Shown: one piece after another, positions 1-10,600 of the stretch
Numbering within the stretch: the first letter of the stretch is position 1
Layout of the letters: each line of letters begins with the position of its first letter
Source of the DNA: Opitutales bacterium
GTDB taxonomy: Bacteria > Verrucomicrobiota > Verrucomicrobiia > Opitutales > JABSRG01
Assembly: GCA_049599475.1 (NCBI GenBank)
Contig: JBMYOQ010000008.1
Location: 1 to 64,000 of the forward strand
DNA: 64,000 nt
Direction: 5' to 3'
Translations under genes and position numbers: made by a program
Notes under the pieces: model-generated
Database searches by the model: none
The model's input: only the letters and a program-made list of their open reading frames with translations
What the model was told of the DNA's origin: nothing

Positions 1-63
1 GTAAACGCTTCCTGATACGCTAACTTTATCAAAGTTTATGCGAAAAGGTATAAGTTATCCGGT

Positions 64-828
64 TTAAAACGCATCCCAGAGCAGGCGGACTCCTGCCAAG
101 ATGATGAAGAACCATATGATGCGCTCGAAGAGTTTCTGTTTGATATGTTTCACGATCTTCGGGGCGGTGAAGGCTCCCATAACTGCTGGGATACCCAAGA
201 CGAGGCTCAATCCGATGGTGTCGCCGTTGATATTTCCCAGGTGCATCTGAAGGGGGACCTTGAGCCAATTTATAATCATGAAAAACCAGGCGGAGGTGCC
301 GATAAATGCGTATTTGGGAAGGCCAACTGCGAGGAGATACATCGCTGCGACAGGGCCGGCGGCATTGGCGACCATGGTGGCAAAACCACCAGCTACACCT
401 GTGGTGATCACGAAACTGCGGGAATGGGGTAGTTTATCTTCTTCGGTACCCTTCTGTTGCTGAAGGTATTTTCGGTAGAAATGGAGCCCCGTCATCGTGA
501 GGAGAATGGCTCCGATCATCACGCTGACAACTCTGTCCGAGATGCTGTCCAAGAGAAGATAGCCTATTAAGAGGCCGACGAGTGTGGGTGGCATGAGGCG
601 CCACATGTATTTCCATTCGGCGTGTTTGCGGTAGATGTATACGGCAGCCAGATCTGCGCATATGAGTATCGGAAGGAGAATCCCCGCAGAGAGTTTTGCT
701 GGGAAAACTAGAGCAAAGGTGGCGACCGTTAAATTGCCCACGCCGGGAAGGCCTCCTTTACCGAGGCCAATAAGAAAGGCTCCCAGCGCGAGGATACACC
801 ATTGTCCGATATCTAAGCTGCTAAACAC
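64..828 (-). CDS. Sulfite exporter TauE/SafE family membrane protein
   Basis: 254 aa, about 8 TM helices, GLGKGGLPG and ANAAGP motifs typical of TauE/SafE. Confidence 0.8.
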   Translation of the reverse strand: MFSSLDIGQWCILALGAFLIGLGKGGLPGVGNLTVATFALVFPAKLSAGILLPILICADLAAVYIYRKHAEWKYMWRLMPPTLVGLLIGYLLLDSISDRVVSVMIGAILLTMTGLHFYRKYLQQQKGTEEDKLPHSRSFVITTGVAGGFATMVANAAGPVAAMYLLAVGLPKYAFIGTSAWFFMIINWLKVPLQMHLGNINGDTIGLSLVLGIPAVMGAFTAPKIVKHIKQKLFERIIWFFIILAGVRLLWDAF

Positions 829-929
829 CTTGGTGAAATCCTACAAAAGTATGTGTGAATCAATAAGTATTTGTATTGAATATACTTAGGAGCTTGCGCG
901 GAAAGCGCAGGACGCTTTGTAAAGAGCAG

Positions 930-2021
930 ATGACTGATACCGCCAGAGCCGGAATTCTGACTCGCCTGGTTCCCTTTGTCTGCTGGGGAGCTTGGGTGGC
1001 GCTGGTGTGTGTATGGATCTTAAAAAACAGGGAATGGTTGGGTGAAGTAGCAGCTTTTGACCACAAGGCGATCAAGGCTGCATACTCCTGGAATTTTGAT
1101 ACAATTCCGTCTTGGTATTTGATCCTCTCTATCATTTGCATGGTGTTGGGTGTCATTGTAGCTTCGCGCCGCTGGCGTATTTGGATCGTTGGCCTGCTAT
1201 CCCTGTTGAGCGGTCTGGGGCTCAAAGGCATGAAATGGTATGTCTCGGAATATGAGCATGGGCTTCTCGTGGAGCGCAATGTTGTGATCGAGTCTGCTAA
1301 AATAAAGGACCCCATCCGTATTCTCCATATTTCCGACCTAGAGGCAGCCCAGATTGGGGAGCATGAGCGCAAGGCTCTGCAGCAGGTGGCTCAGGCAGAT
1401 GTAGATATGGTCATTTTTACAGGTGATTTTATCGAGCTCCAGAAGGGCGACCAGTATTCAAAATTATGGGACAAACTCTTCCCGCTTCTCAATGAGATAC
1501 GCCCTTCGCTGGGATTTTACGGTGTTTATGGTGATGGAGATAGCCGCCTGTACCGTATAAGGCTTGGAGAAGATGCGAGTCTGCGGATGCTTGGGACGGC
1601 GCCAGTCTTCGTGAGAAAAGGAAAGACTTTGTTATGCTTGAAGGGGCTGAGTTTGTATCAATCGCGCATGAGAGATGTGGCGGAGCATCATGTCGAGGGT
1701 TGGTTGAGTGCCCTAGCGGATGACACGTTTAGCATACTCGTCGGGCATGGCCCTGAGTACATTCCATCAGTATTGGATAACGGAATCGATTTATGTCTGG
1801 CGGGGCATACGCACGGAGGGCAAGTCCATTTGCCGTTTCTCGGACCCTTAATAATCAATAGTGATGTATCCAAGCAGTTTGCCAAAGGATATCATGAAAT
1901 GGGTAATACACGTGTAAATATATCCGCGGGCCTAGGCAGCGACCGGCATAAAGGTATGCCGATTATTCGGTTTGGGTGTCCCACCGAGATGACCATAATT
2001 GAGCTGCGGCCTTCCGATTAG
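930..2021 (+). CDS. Membrane-anchored calcineurin-like metallophosphoesterase (YkuE-like)
   Basis: N-terminal TM helices; HISDL, FTGDF, GVYGDGD, LAGHTHGGQV motifs; ATG 930 preferred over ORF start 876. Confidence 0.8.
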   Translation: MTDTARAGILTRLVPFVCWGAWVALVCVWILKNREWLGEVAAFDHKAIKAAYSWNFDTIPSWYLILSIICMVLGVIVASRRWRIWIVGLLSLLSGLGLKGMKWYVSEYEHGLLVERNVVIESAKIKDPIRILHISDLEAAQIGEHERKALQQVAQADVDMVIFTGDFIELQKGDQYSKLWDKLFPLLNEIRPSLGFYGVYGDGDSRLYRIRLGEDASLRMLGTAPVFVRKGKTLLCLKGLSLYQSRMRDVAEHHVEGWLSALADDTFSILVGHGPEYIPSVLDNGIDLCLAGHTHGGQVHLPFLGPLIINSDVSKQFAKGYHEMGNTRVNISAGLGSDRHKGMPIIRFGCPTEMTIIELRPSD

Positions 2022-2040
2022 AGATAGAGTAATCCCAAGG

Positions 2041-2220
2041 GTGCGTTCGAAAACCTGAATATTAGGCCTTTCTCAAAAGCATTCTCGAGATTCCCTTGGA
2101 GCGCCGACGTCCCGTCGGCATTCTGGCTTAGATGCATACCAGGACGTCGGCGCTCCCAGAAGATTTACAACTGCTCCACCATTGTTCTGAAATCGCCGAC
2201 CAAGCGGTTTTCGAACACAT
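2041..2220. mobile_element. Possible MITE-like non-autonomous element
   Basis: Imperfect terminal inverted repeat GTGCGTTCGAAAACC (2041-2055) / GGTTTTCGAACACAT (2206-2220), 13/15 match, enclosing the REP doublet; no ORF. Confidence 0.35.
2098..2156. repeat. REP-like palindromic doublet
   Basis: Perfect 15-bp inverted repeat GGAGCGCCGACGTCC (2098-2112) / GGACGTCGGCGCTCC (2142-2156); left arm also forms the hairpin GCCGACG-TCC-CGTCGGC. Confidence 0.7.
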
Positions 2221-2314
2221 ATTAAATATTTTTAGACAGGATTAACAGGATGCGAAAATAATTTCGAGAAAGGGCGCAAGAAACAAGCGAATAGACATAA
2301 GTGGTCTGCGAAAC

Positions 2315-2345
2315 AAAAAAGGCGCCGATGGGTAACCGGCGCCTT
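2315..2345 (-). terminator. Rho-independent terminator of the BI-1/YccA gene
   Basis: On the minus strand, GGCGCCG stem, 9-nt loop, CGGCGCC, then T6; about 26 nt after the stop codon. Confidence 0.8.
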
Positions 2346-2371
2346 CAATTGGAAAGAGTGTTCGTTCGGTG

Positions 2372-3079
2372 TTACTCGCTTCTAAGAGCGATTAGAATAC
2401 GGAGCACATACCAGAGAAGCAGGGCTACTGAAGCGAAGAGCTCTAGCGCGGCTCCCACGTATTGATCTTCTTGGTAGTGGTGGAGGATGTTTGACGTGGT
2501 GTAGAGGATTGCGCCTGCAGCGAAAAGGACCATGACTCCTGAGAAGACAAGACCCAGTGTGAATCCAAATATGATCGAGCAAATGATCAGACCGATTGCT
2601 ACAAATCCACCGACTGTAAGAGCGGTTTTCAAGAAAGAGAAATCCTTACGCGTGATGAGGACAGTCGCAGTAAGACCTGCGAATAGTAGACCTGTCATGA
2701 GTCCTGCTTGGACAAGGAGGGTGGCATCACCAGCGACGGCGATCGCCATCATGACGAGCGGCAGGAATATGCACGCTTCACCGAAGGTATACAGCGCTAG
2801 GCCAGCATATTGAACGGGTTTGCTGGTTGCATGCGCCATCCTGGATGCCATCCAGCCGACAACCATCATGCCGCCTAAGACTCCGATCCAGCCAAAAGGT
2901 AGATTTAGAACGGTAATTGCCAAACCAGTGGCAAATTCAGATTGCAACAGCAGCGTTTCGAACCCCACAAACGCTAGCAGTGCGATCGCAAGGTGTAGAT
3001 AAGTGCGGCGGATGAACTTTGCACGGCTGTCAGGAGCAGCCTCCGCCATCGAGTATGTTGAGTAGTTTTCTTCGAACAT
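2372..3079 (-). CDS. Bax inhibitor-1/YccA family membrane protein
   Basis: FIRRTYLHL, RKDFSFL, ILYTTSNI, AALELFASV motifs; 7 TM; ATG 3079 likely start. Confidence 0.85.
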   Translation of the reverse strand: MFEENYSTYSMAEAAPDSRAKFIRRTYLHLAIALLAFVGFETLLLQSEFATGLAITVLNLPFGWIGVLGGMMVVGWMASRMAHATSKPVQYAGLALYTFGEACIFLPLVMMAIAVAGDATLLVQAGLMTGLLFAGLTATVLITRKDFSFLKTALTVGGFVAIGLIICSIIFGFTLGLVFSGVMVLFAAGAILYTTSNILHHYQEDQYVGAALELFASVALLLWYVLRILIALRSE

Positions 3080-3239
3080 AAAGCCCTGTGTAGCACGAAG
3101 CTCTCCAGCGTAAACAATATATTTACAAAAATCCCAGCTGGGACGATGCAATCGATTGTTGTTCAAAGACATTGTGCTTGGATAGTGGTGAACGTCCTGT
3201 AGCCAGGCGTCTTGGGTTGAGCTATGCAGCAGTTCGAGA

Positions 3240-6200
3240 CTATAGCTCGAGCAATTCCTTCAAAATTTTAGCTTCGGAAGCGCTGAAGGTAGATTCCTCA
3301 ATCGAGCCTATTTTCTCCGATGGGGCGAGTAGACCGCTCTGGGTTTCCTCGACGCGGGTGAGTCGTTTCAAGAGAGCAATTTCTGTGGCTGAAAAACTCT
3401 TGGGCTCGGGGATCTGTGTTTTTACGATTTGACCGGTGTCCGATATTGAAAGGATCGCCGTGGGGCTTTCGTCACCATCGCTATAGCAGAAGCTTGCGGC
3501 TTGAATGGGCCCGTCGTTATGCGAGGGCTCGATGAGTTGGAAGCCGGTTTGCATGTCTATCAAAAGAGAGGAGCCGGTGTCGGTGCTGGCGAGGAGCATG
3601 CTGCCGGTTTTATCGATTGCTAAGCCCGCAATCGATAGGTCGGAATTGGAGAACAGGATCGTTGATTCGCCTGTCTTGAGATCGATGCGGTGGATTGTTC
3701 CCGATAAATTACAGGTGAAGGCCGCCCGCTCATTGTTGCAGAATACAAAGTCGCTGATAGACTCACGGTGTCTCACAGAAACCAGGCGCTTGGTGGTGTC
3801 TTGGGAGCGATAGACGTCGAAGCTGTGATCTGCGGTGACTAAGCCGACGAGGGAGCCCTGTGTATTCGTTTTAAAGGATAAAGTCGGCTCTTCGCTCTGA
3901 ATCATGCCGAGCGAGGTGCGCGTAGTGAGGTCGACCACTTCCAATTTATGAGGATCGGGACGTGAAACGAAGACCGTACCATCCTCTGAAGTGTATCCAT
4001 GGGGATCGCGTCCCGTGAGCTTATCGACTTCGTGCAGGACATTTTCCGTTTTCCAGTTGATGAGTTTTGCGGTTCGGCCCGTTTCCGCGATCATCAAGGA
4101 ATCTCCATTCTCCGCGAACCGCATACCAAAGGCGAGGGAGCGGCGCTGGAACTCTTTGACTGTTGAGAAGTCGTCAGAATTTAGAATTCGGGTCAGGTAA
4201 AAGCCCCGGGAAACGCGCACGATACCGATGTGTGAGCCGTCCGCTGAATAATCCATGGCGACGGTGGCCGTGTCGGGTGTATCGAGGATGTCTATGGATT
4301 TTCCAGTGAGCGTATTAATCGCGCTGACTTTCGAGGATTGTGAGACAAGCACTATATGCCCCGTAGGGTCTATATGCACCGCACCCAGAGGGGCCTCGTC
4401 GGTTTTCCAAATTTGGGTTTTTTGAGGAACGGGGGGCAATCGCCAGATGTATTGATTGCCGGATTCTGTATTGGAAAAGAGGGTACTGTCATTCTCTGAG
4501 AATTCGATAGACGTAATCAAGTCGGAATGGGCGAGCGGCTTAGTAATGAGTTCGCGTGATTCAGAATCGAATATATAGGCGCGGCCTGACTCTGTGCCGA
4601 TGGCGATGTTTCGAGAGTTGGGGGCGATCGTGACGGCGCTTGCCGAAACCGAAGATGGTAGATCCAGGAACTCCAACACCTCTGTTTCGAGGTCGAAAAT
4701 AAAAGCTCGGCGCTCCAAGGTGATACCTGCTAAGAAGCGATCATCGGGACTTATTTCCATGCGCAAAACCTTCTGGCCGATCGGGTATTCAGAAAGCAGT
4801 TCACCGCTGCTGAAATCGTAGGTGAGCAGCTTGGCGTCGTCGGTGGCCATGGTGCAATGATACTGCATGGAATGCAGATCTGCGGTCAGTATTGGTTTAG
4901 ATGTATGGATGGGGGCAAAAGAGGCTTCGCCAGTCTTTGTTGAGAAGAATTGGATATGCGTCCCTGCGAAAAAGCGGTGGGCGATGTGCTCGAAATCGTG
5001 GCTCCAATTTACCCGAAAACGTACGAAGTTTGAGCCGTGTTTAGCGCGCTCGGTGAAGAGATTACCCATTTGATACGGTGCTCTGCCGAGAGCTGCGATC
5101 TGCTTCCAGGCTTCGATTCCTCCAGTGCGCGGTCTCTTGGGTCTTTCTTTGGTGAGGTCTGTGTATGATATTTTGGATACATGACCATCGATCGAACCAT
5201 CGGGTAGGAGAGTGCCGTGGTAGATTTCATGCTTTTCCGAAACGGCGGTAAAGCGCGTGTTTGTGATGAACTGAGCGCCAAACCAAGCGCGCCCGGTGAG
5301 GATATGTTGCGACTCCCCCGTCTTGGCGGATTCAATAATAAGGCCGTCGCTGTAGCCAATTTTTATGATGGTATCGCCTGAAGGGTTGAGCATCCCCTGG
5401 TATAGAAAGGTATCTTTTTCGCTGGAAGTATGCTCTAAGAAATAGATGGGATGGGACGTAAGCACATCGGTGAGACGCGATCGGATCACACGGTCGTCCG
5501 GATCGCGTTCGAGCATTGAAAGTAGCACTGCGATGCCCTCGCGCGGATGCCGTCGTTCGAACAATTCCTCGGCTCGAATCAAGTCGCGAGATTTCAAATA
5601 CGCATTGAGCTCATCGTTTGCTGCTTCGGAAGCTAGAGTGGCTTGCTCTGCCTGGAGTTTCTCCTGTAGCAGCTGCTTGTTGTAGTAAATACTGAATACG
5701 ATGAAGCCAAGAGTCGCTGCGACGCTTACCGCGATAAGGCTACTCAGGGCGGGATTGCGGCGTGACCATTTATAAACATGCTCCGCAGTAGAAATAGGGC
5801 GGGCAAGGATAGGCTCGCCGTTGAGCCAGCGCCTCAAATCGTCCGCTACGGCGGCGGCACTCGCGTATCGGCTCTCTGGCTTTTTGCGCAGGCATTTTAA
5901 GCAGATGGTCTCTAGGTCGCGGTGGATGTCTGGGCGAATCGCGCTTGGGGTGATGGGTTCTGCTGCCGCGATGCTGACCACCATCTCTGCAGTGTTTTGT
6001 CCGTGAAACGGTGTTTGCCCGGTAATCAATTCATAGAGAATGGCTCCGAGTCCGTAGACATCGATCGCTGTGGTGTGATTGCGTGTCCCAGTATCCAGCA
6101 TCTCGGGAGCCATGTAGGCGAGAGACCCGACGACCTGACCTGTCTGGGTGAGCCCGAGGGCATTTCTTTGGTTTAAGCTGTGACCGAAGTCAGACAATTG

Positions 6201-6758
6201 AGGGGTGTCGTCTGAATTCAGTAGGACATTGGAAGGCTTCAGATCGCGGTGGAGAATCCCGTGCAGGTGAGCGTGGTGGACGGCCCCGGCTATTTTCTCT
6301 ACAAGTTCGGCAGCTTGCGTGTGGTGTTTCTCGAGACGTGATGCGTTTTCTTGAAGACTTCCGGCTGTGTAGAGCTTTTGGCAGATGTAAGGAACGCCAT
6401 CGACTTCCCCGGTATCATAAATTGGCGCGATGTGCGGGTGGTCGAGCTGAGAGACGGTCTCGGCTTCGGCGAGAAACCGCGTCACCGCTTCTTCGGATTG
6501 GCGCTTGCCGAATTTTAAAATTTTCACCGCGACCCAGCGGTCTAATCCGAGTTGACGTGCTTTCCAAATGAGTCCGGTTCCCCCTTCGCCAATGAGGGTC
6601 TCTAGCTCGAATTTTCCAAAGCGACCCCTGGTATGTGCCGAGTGTTCACTGGGCGGCGTGGACGGTTCGGATTCGTCGCTATCCTTCGATCCCTCAAGAA
6701 AGAGATCTTTGACGGAGAATCCATCAATCTCTAGGGGGGCATCACTTTTGTCCGGCAT
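3240..6758 (-). CDS. Hanks-type Ser/Thr protein kinase with TM helix and C-terminal WD40-like propellers
   Basis: GEGGTG, VAVK, HRDLKPSN, DFG, YMAPE; DLETICLKCL..P..RY motif; one TM then coiled coil and WD40-like repeats. Confidence 0.9.
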   Translation of the reverse strand: MPDKSDAPLEIDGFSVKDLFLEGSKDSDESEPSTPPSEHSAHTRGRFGKFELETLIGEGGTGLIWKARQLGLDRWVAVKILKFGKRQSEEAVTRFLAEAETVSQLDHPHIAPIYDTGEVDGVPYICQKLYTAGSLQENASRLEKHHTQAAELVEKIAGAVHHAHLHGILHRDLKPSNVLLNSDDTPQLSDFGHSLNQRNALGLTQTGQVVGSLAYMAPEMLDTGTRNHTTAIDVYGLGAILYELITGQTPFHGQNTAEMVVSIAAAEPITPSAIRPDIHRDLETICLKCLRKKPESRYASAAAVADDLRRWLNGEPILARPISTAEHVYKWSRRNPALSSLIAVSVAATLGFIVFSIYYNKQLLQEKLQAEQATLASEAANDELNAYLKSRDLIRAEELFERRHPREGIAVLLSMLERDPDDRVIRSRLTDVLTSHPIYFLEHTSSEKDTFLYQGMLNPSGDTIIKIGYSDGLIIESAKTGESQHILTGRAWFGAQFITNTRFTAVSEKHEIYHGTLLPDGSIDGHVSKISYTDLTKERPKRPRTGGIEAWKQIAALGRAPYQMGNLFTERAKHGSNFVRFRVNWSHDFEHIAHRFFAGTHIQFFSTKTGEASFAPIHTSKPILTADLHSMQYHCTMATDDAKLLTYDFSSGELLSEYPIGQKVLRMEISPDDRFLAGITLERRAFIFDLETEVLEFLDLPSSVSASAVTIAPNSRNIAIGTESGRAYIFDSESRELITKPLAHSDLITSIEFSENDSTLFSNTESGNQYIWRLPPVPQKTQIWKTDEAPLGAVHIDPTGHIVLVSQSSKVSAINTLTGKSIDILDTPDTATVAMDYSADGSHIGIVRVSRGFYLTRILNSDDFSTVKEFQRRSLAFGMRFAENGDSLMIAETGRTAKLINWKTENVLHEVDKLTGRDPHGYTSEDGTVFVSRPDPHKLEVVDLTTRTSLGMIQSEEPTLSFKTNTQGSLVGLVTADHSFDVYRSQDTTKRLVSVRHRESISDFVFCNNERAAFTCNLSGTIHRIDLKTGESTILFSNSDLSIAGLAIDKTGSMLLASTDTGSSLLIDMQTGFQLIEPSHNDGPIQAASFCYSDGDESPTAILSISDTGQIVKTQIPEPKSFSATEIALLKRLTRVEETQSGLLAPSEKIGSIEESTFSASEAKILKELLEL

Positions 6759-6777
6759 AACTGGATGCGTTTAAAAA

Positions 6778-7473
6778 TTAAAGAACACTGATCAGATAAT
6801 TGATTTCCGACTTCAGCTCGCGGCCATCTCTCAGTGTTTCGTGGATCTCCTCGCGAAACAGCGTGCGAAAGCGCTCACGGATTCTTTGTAAGACGCTGCG
6901 CACGCCGCTCTCTGTCATTGAGAGGCGCTCAGCGAGATTGCCGTATTCGCCTGCGGGTGGAGAGTTTAAGAGATACGGTCTGAGCGCACTGTAGCGATCG
7001 CGCTTATTCGACTGAGTGAACTCGTTTTCCATTTTCTCAAAGACTTGCTTGAGTATTTGCTTGGCCCAGACCCGATCAAAATGGCGATCTAGATCGTCGG
7101 AACTGCTGAGCTCTTCTGACTCATCGATTTGTATGAAATCGTACTGTCCACCTCGGCGCAGCGCTTTGTTGCTGCGTTCGACATCGATGATGTAGTTCTT
7201 GATCGAGGCGAGGAGAAAGGTGCGAAATCGCCCCGCCTCGGGATTGGCCTTCAAAAAGCTCTTATCCTCTAGGATTTTAAGAAAAAATGACTGAGTAATG
7301 TCCTTCGCTCGCTCCGGATCATTTACGCGATTCCACGTAAAGTGGTAAACGGGTTTCCAGTAATGCCGACACAGCGTCTCCAAGGCAGCCTTGGCAGCAT
7401 CCGAGTCTGATTCGATCTCACGAATCAGACTCCACTGGGTCGTCTGGAATTTCTTGGAATACTGGTCGAGCAT
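6778..7473 (-). CDS. ECF sigma-70 factor, kinase-associated PVC type
   Basis: FQTTQWSLI N-terminus, LCRHYWKPVY, AKDITQSFF, GRFRTFL, region 4 HTH; directly upstream of the kinase gene. Confidence 0.85.
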   Translation of the reverse strand: MLDQYSKKFQTTQWSLIREIESDSDAAKAALETLCRHYWKPVYHFTWNRVNDPERAKDITQSFFLKILEDKSFLKANPEAGRFRTFLLASIKNYIIDVERSNKALRRGGQYDFIQIDESEELSSSDDLDRHFDRVWAKQILKQVFEKMENEFTQSNKRDRYSALRPYLLNSPPAGEYGNLAERLSMTESGVRSVLQRIRERFRTLFREEIHETLRDGRELKSEINYLISVL

Positions 7474-7690
7474 TGAGAGAGGCGAGGGTCCTTGAACCAG
7501 GCTTCATACGAAAAGTTAGGGATTTGGCTATACCAAATCGTTCATCTGAGAAAGCAGGGAAGGCCCGCTGAGAGGGGATCGTGAAGGATCTATTACGACA
7601 AAAAGGAGTTTCTGAAGATATTCTGAGACGGAGGGAAATTCATCTCGTAGATATACGCTGGCCCCAGGGTGTATACCTGCAGGTCGCAAA

Positions 7691-10600
7691 ATGTCGTCCT
7701 CTCAATTGCTACATAGCCTTTTTCGTCCGCCAAAAATGAAGATCTACTTCGCTCGGTTTTTCTCCGCCCGTGTCACAAATTGTCTGTTTTTAGCATGCTT
7801 GACGGTTTCACTGTCAGCAATACCTGAATCTTGGGGCGCGGATGTTGATTATCCGTACGAAGCTACAGGTTATGACAGTCTGGATTCTGAGGCGCGGCAT
7901 TCTTTGGCAGATGCGATATCCGAGGCTCGGCGTTTGATTCGTCCATTGACTGAGCAGCAGCGAATGCTTCCTGAGAACAAAAAAGCGCGATTCCTGGCAT
8001 CGAATCCACGCAATGAACTGAATGTCCGTTTTTTGGATACAGGTATTCGCCTGTTTTCGGGGCGTGAAGGTAGTGAATGGCAAGGAGAGCTTAGCTTGAA
8101 AGGAAATAAGGAGGCTGTCGAAATTCGTCACCAAGATCTGGAGATTTCGTATGACTATGGGAACATAATCGAGTGGTACAAAAATCGACCCGAAGGCATC
8201 GAGCAAGGGTGGACAGTGAAAGCGCCTCCGGCTGGCTCTGAAGGTGTGCTACGTGTCTACATCGATGTGGCAGGGCTTACCGTGGAGCCGCTGTATGGGC
8301 GTAAAGAAGGTTCTAGTGATTTGCAATTTGTGGATACTAACGGGGTACCTGTTTTAGCTTACAAAAATCTCTCGGTCTTTGATGCGTTTGGGCGTGAATT
8401 GGTTGCGCAGATGCGACCCCTTAATGAGGGCTTCGAGGTCTTGGTAGAGGCGAATGTACTCAGTTACCCTGTCATTATTGATCCGCTTATTGTCGAGTTG
8501 GATGAAGAGTTTGGTCCAACATTTAGCGAGGCGGCTTCTGGGGACAATTTTGGGACGTCTGTGGGGATTTCTGGGGATGTTGCAATAGTAGGGGCCCCAA
8601 AGGATGATGATAATGGAAACAATGCTGGCGCTGCCTTTATGTTTTCCAAAGAAAATGGATCGTGGGCCTTTCGGCAAAAGCTTCTCGCAAGCGACGGGAA
8701 TGCGGGAGATCGCTTTGGTAGCGCTGTTTCTATCGAAGGTAATACGGCGGCAGTCGGAGCTCCTCTTGGAGGTATTGGCAAGGTTTACGTTTTTGAGATG
8801 GTAAATCGTAGATGGGCGGGAGAGGTGATATTGGATGGATGGAGTGAAAATGTGTTTAGTGGTGGAGGTTTTGGCTGCTCTTTAAGTATCTCGGGCGATC
8901 GGATTTTGGTGGGTGCTAAGAGTGTCTACTTTCAGAACTCTAGTTATCAAGGCGCTGCCTATATTTTTGAGCATATTGAATCTGCTTGGGTGTTTGCAGA
9001 TGAGCTTTTACCGACTACGAGTCAATTGTTTCCGGAGGATTTCGGGACTTCTGTAAGCCTAGATGGAGATACTGCACTGGTGGGATCTAGTCGGGATTCT
9101 CATGGGCGAAGTGCTGGCTTCGTGTTTGGCCGAGGTGGGGATAGCTGGAATCTAAACTCAGTATTGATAATGGTGGATGAGGAGCCCTCGGATCGGGTAG
9201 GGGCATCTGTAGCGCTTGATGGAGATATTGCTATCCTCGGGGCGCCGGGAGATGATACCAATGGGGGTATTGACGCTGGGAGTGCCGTTGTCTTCGAGCG
9301 CAGTGGAAATACATGGACGCAGACAAAAAAGCTGAAGGCTGATAACGCGCGGAACTATGATGCCTTTGGCTCATCGGTAAGCGTGCGTGGGAATGTTGCG
9401 ATTATCGGATCACCATTGAACGATATTAACGGCGTGGGTGAAGATGCAGGTAGTGCCTATATTTTTGAAAAGTCTGGGAATAGTTGGGAGCAGAAGACCA
9501 ATCTGAAAGGCATAGGCGCTGGTGACGAGTTTGGGAGATCAGTGTTTCTCGATGATTATAACCAAGGGATTGTTGGGGCTAAGTATAATGATGATTTTGG
9601 CTCCAACGCAGGCAGCGCATATATCTATAGCGGAAGCGGCAATAGCTGGACGGAAGATGCAGCACTGAGCGCGCAGAATCTCGCCTCCGATGATCAATTT
9701 GGCGAAGCATTGAGTATCTCTGGAGATACTCTCGTTGTTGGAGCCGAGGATGACGACGATAACGGGGCTGACGCTGGAGCTGCCTACGTTTTTCATCTAA
9801 ATTCCGGGGAGTGGGAGCTTCAAGCCAAGCTGCTGGCAGAGGACGGGGCTGCGGGCGATAATTTTGGAGCCGCTGTGTCTGTCGATGGAGTAAGAATACT
9901 CGTTGGATCACCCGATGATGATTATAATGGATTTACGAATACAGGCAGTGTTTTTAGTTTCGTGAGTTCTGGTGCGATTTGGAGTCGTGAAGCAGTTTTC
10001 CGTGGCAGCTCATTTTTGAGTGATAATCGGTATTTTGGAACAGCAGTAAGTTTGGACGGAAATTATGCGCTAATAGGTTCGCGATCCGATGTCGATAGCC
10101 CTGATGGCAGCGCCTCAGTATTCGTAAGTGATGGCAATGGTGCGTGGTCCTTTCTGGAAAAGCTCATTCCTTCAGATCTTGAATCGGGAGATTCCTATGG
10201 CAGCTCCTTGGCGTTAGATGAGGATACCGCATTTATCGCTGCATTTGCCGATTCTGGGAATGGACAGGGAGCGAATAGCGGCAGTGTACATGTTTACGAC
10301 CGGACTGGGTCCTCTTGGAATCATAACGCGAAATTAATGCCTAGTGATGGAAACAGAGATGGTAGTTTTGGAATCTCGATCGGATTACAAGGTGACTTGG
10401 CTGTTATTGGGGCTTCGGGTGCGGATGTTGGAGGAAATAAGCGAGGGCAGGCGTATATATTCACGCGCGTGAGTGGCGATTGGAATGAAAGCTCGAAACT
10501 ATCTGCTAGCGATGGTGCGGATAATGATGATTTCGGGAGGGCTGTGGCTTTGGACGGAGATAAAGTCTTTGTGGGGGTCGGAGGTTTGGGGCCAGGTAAG

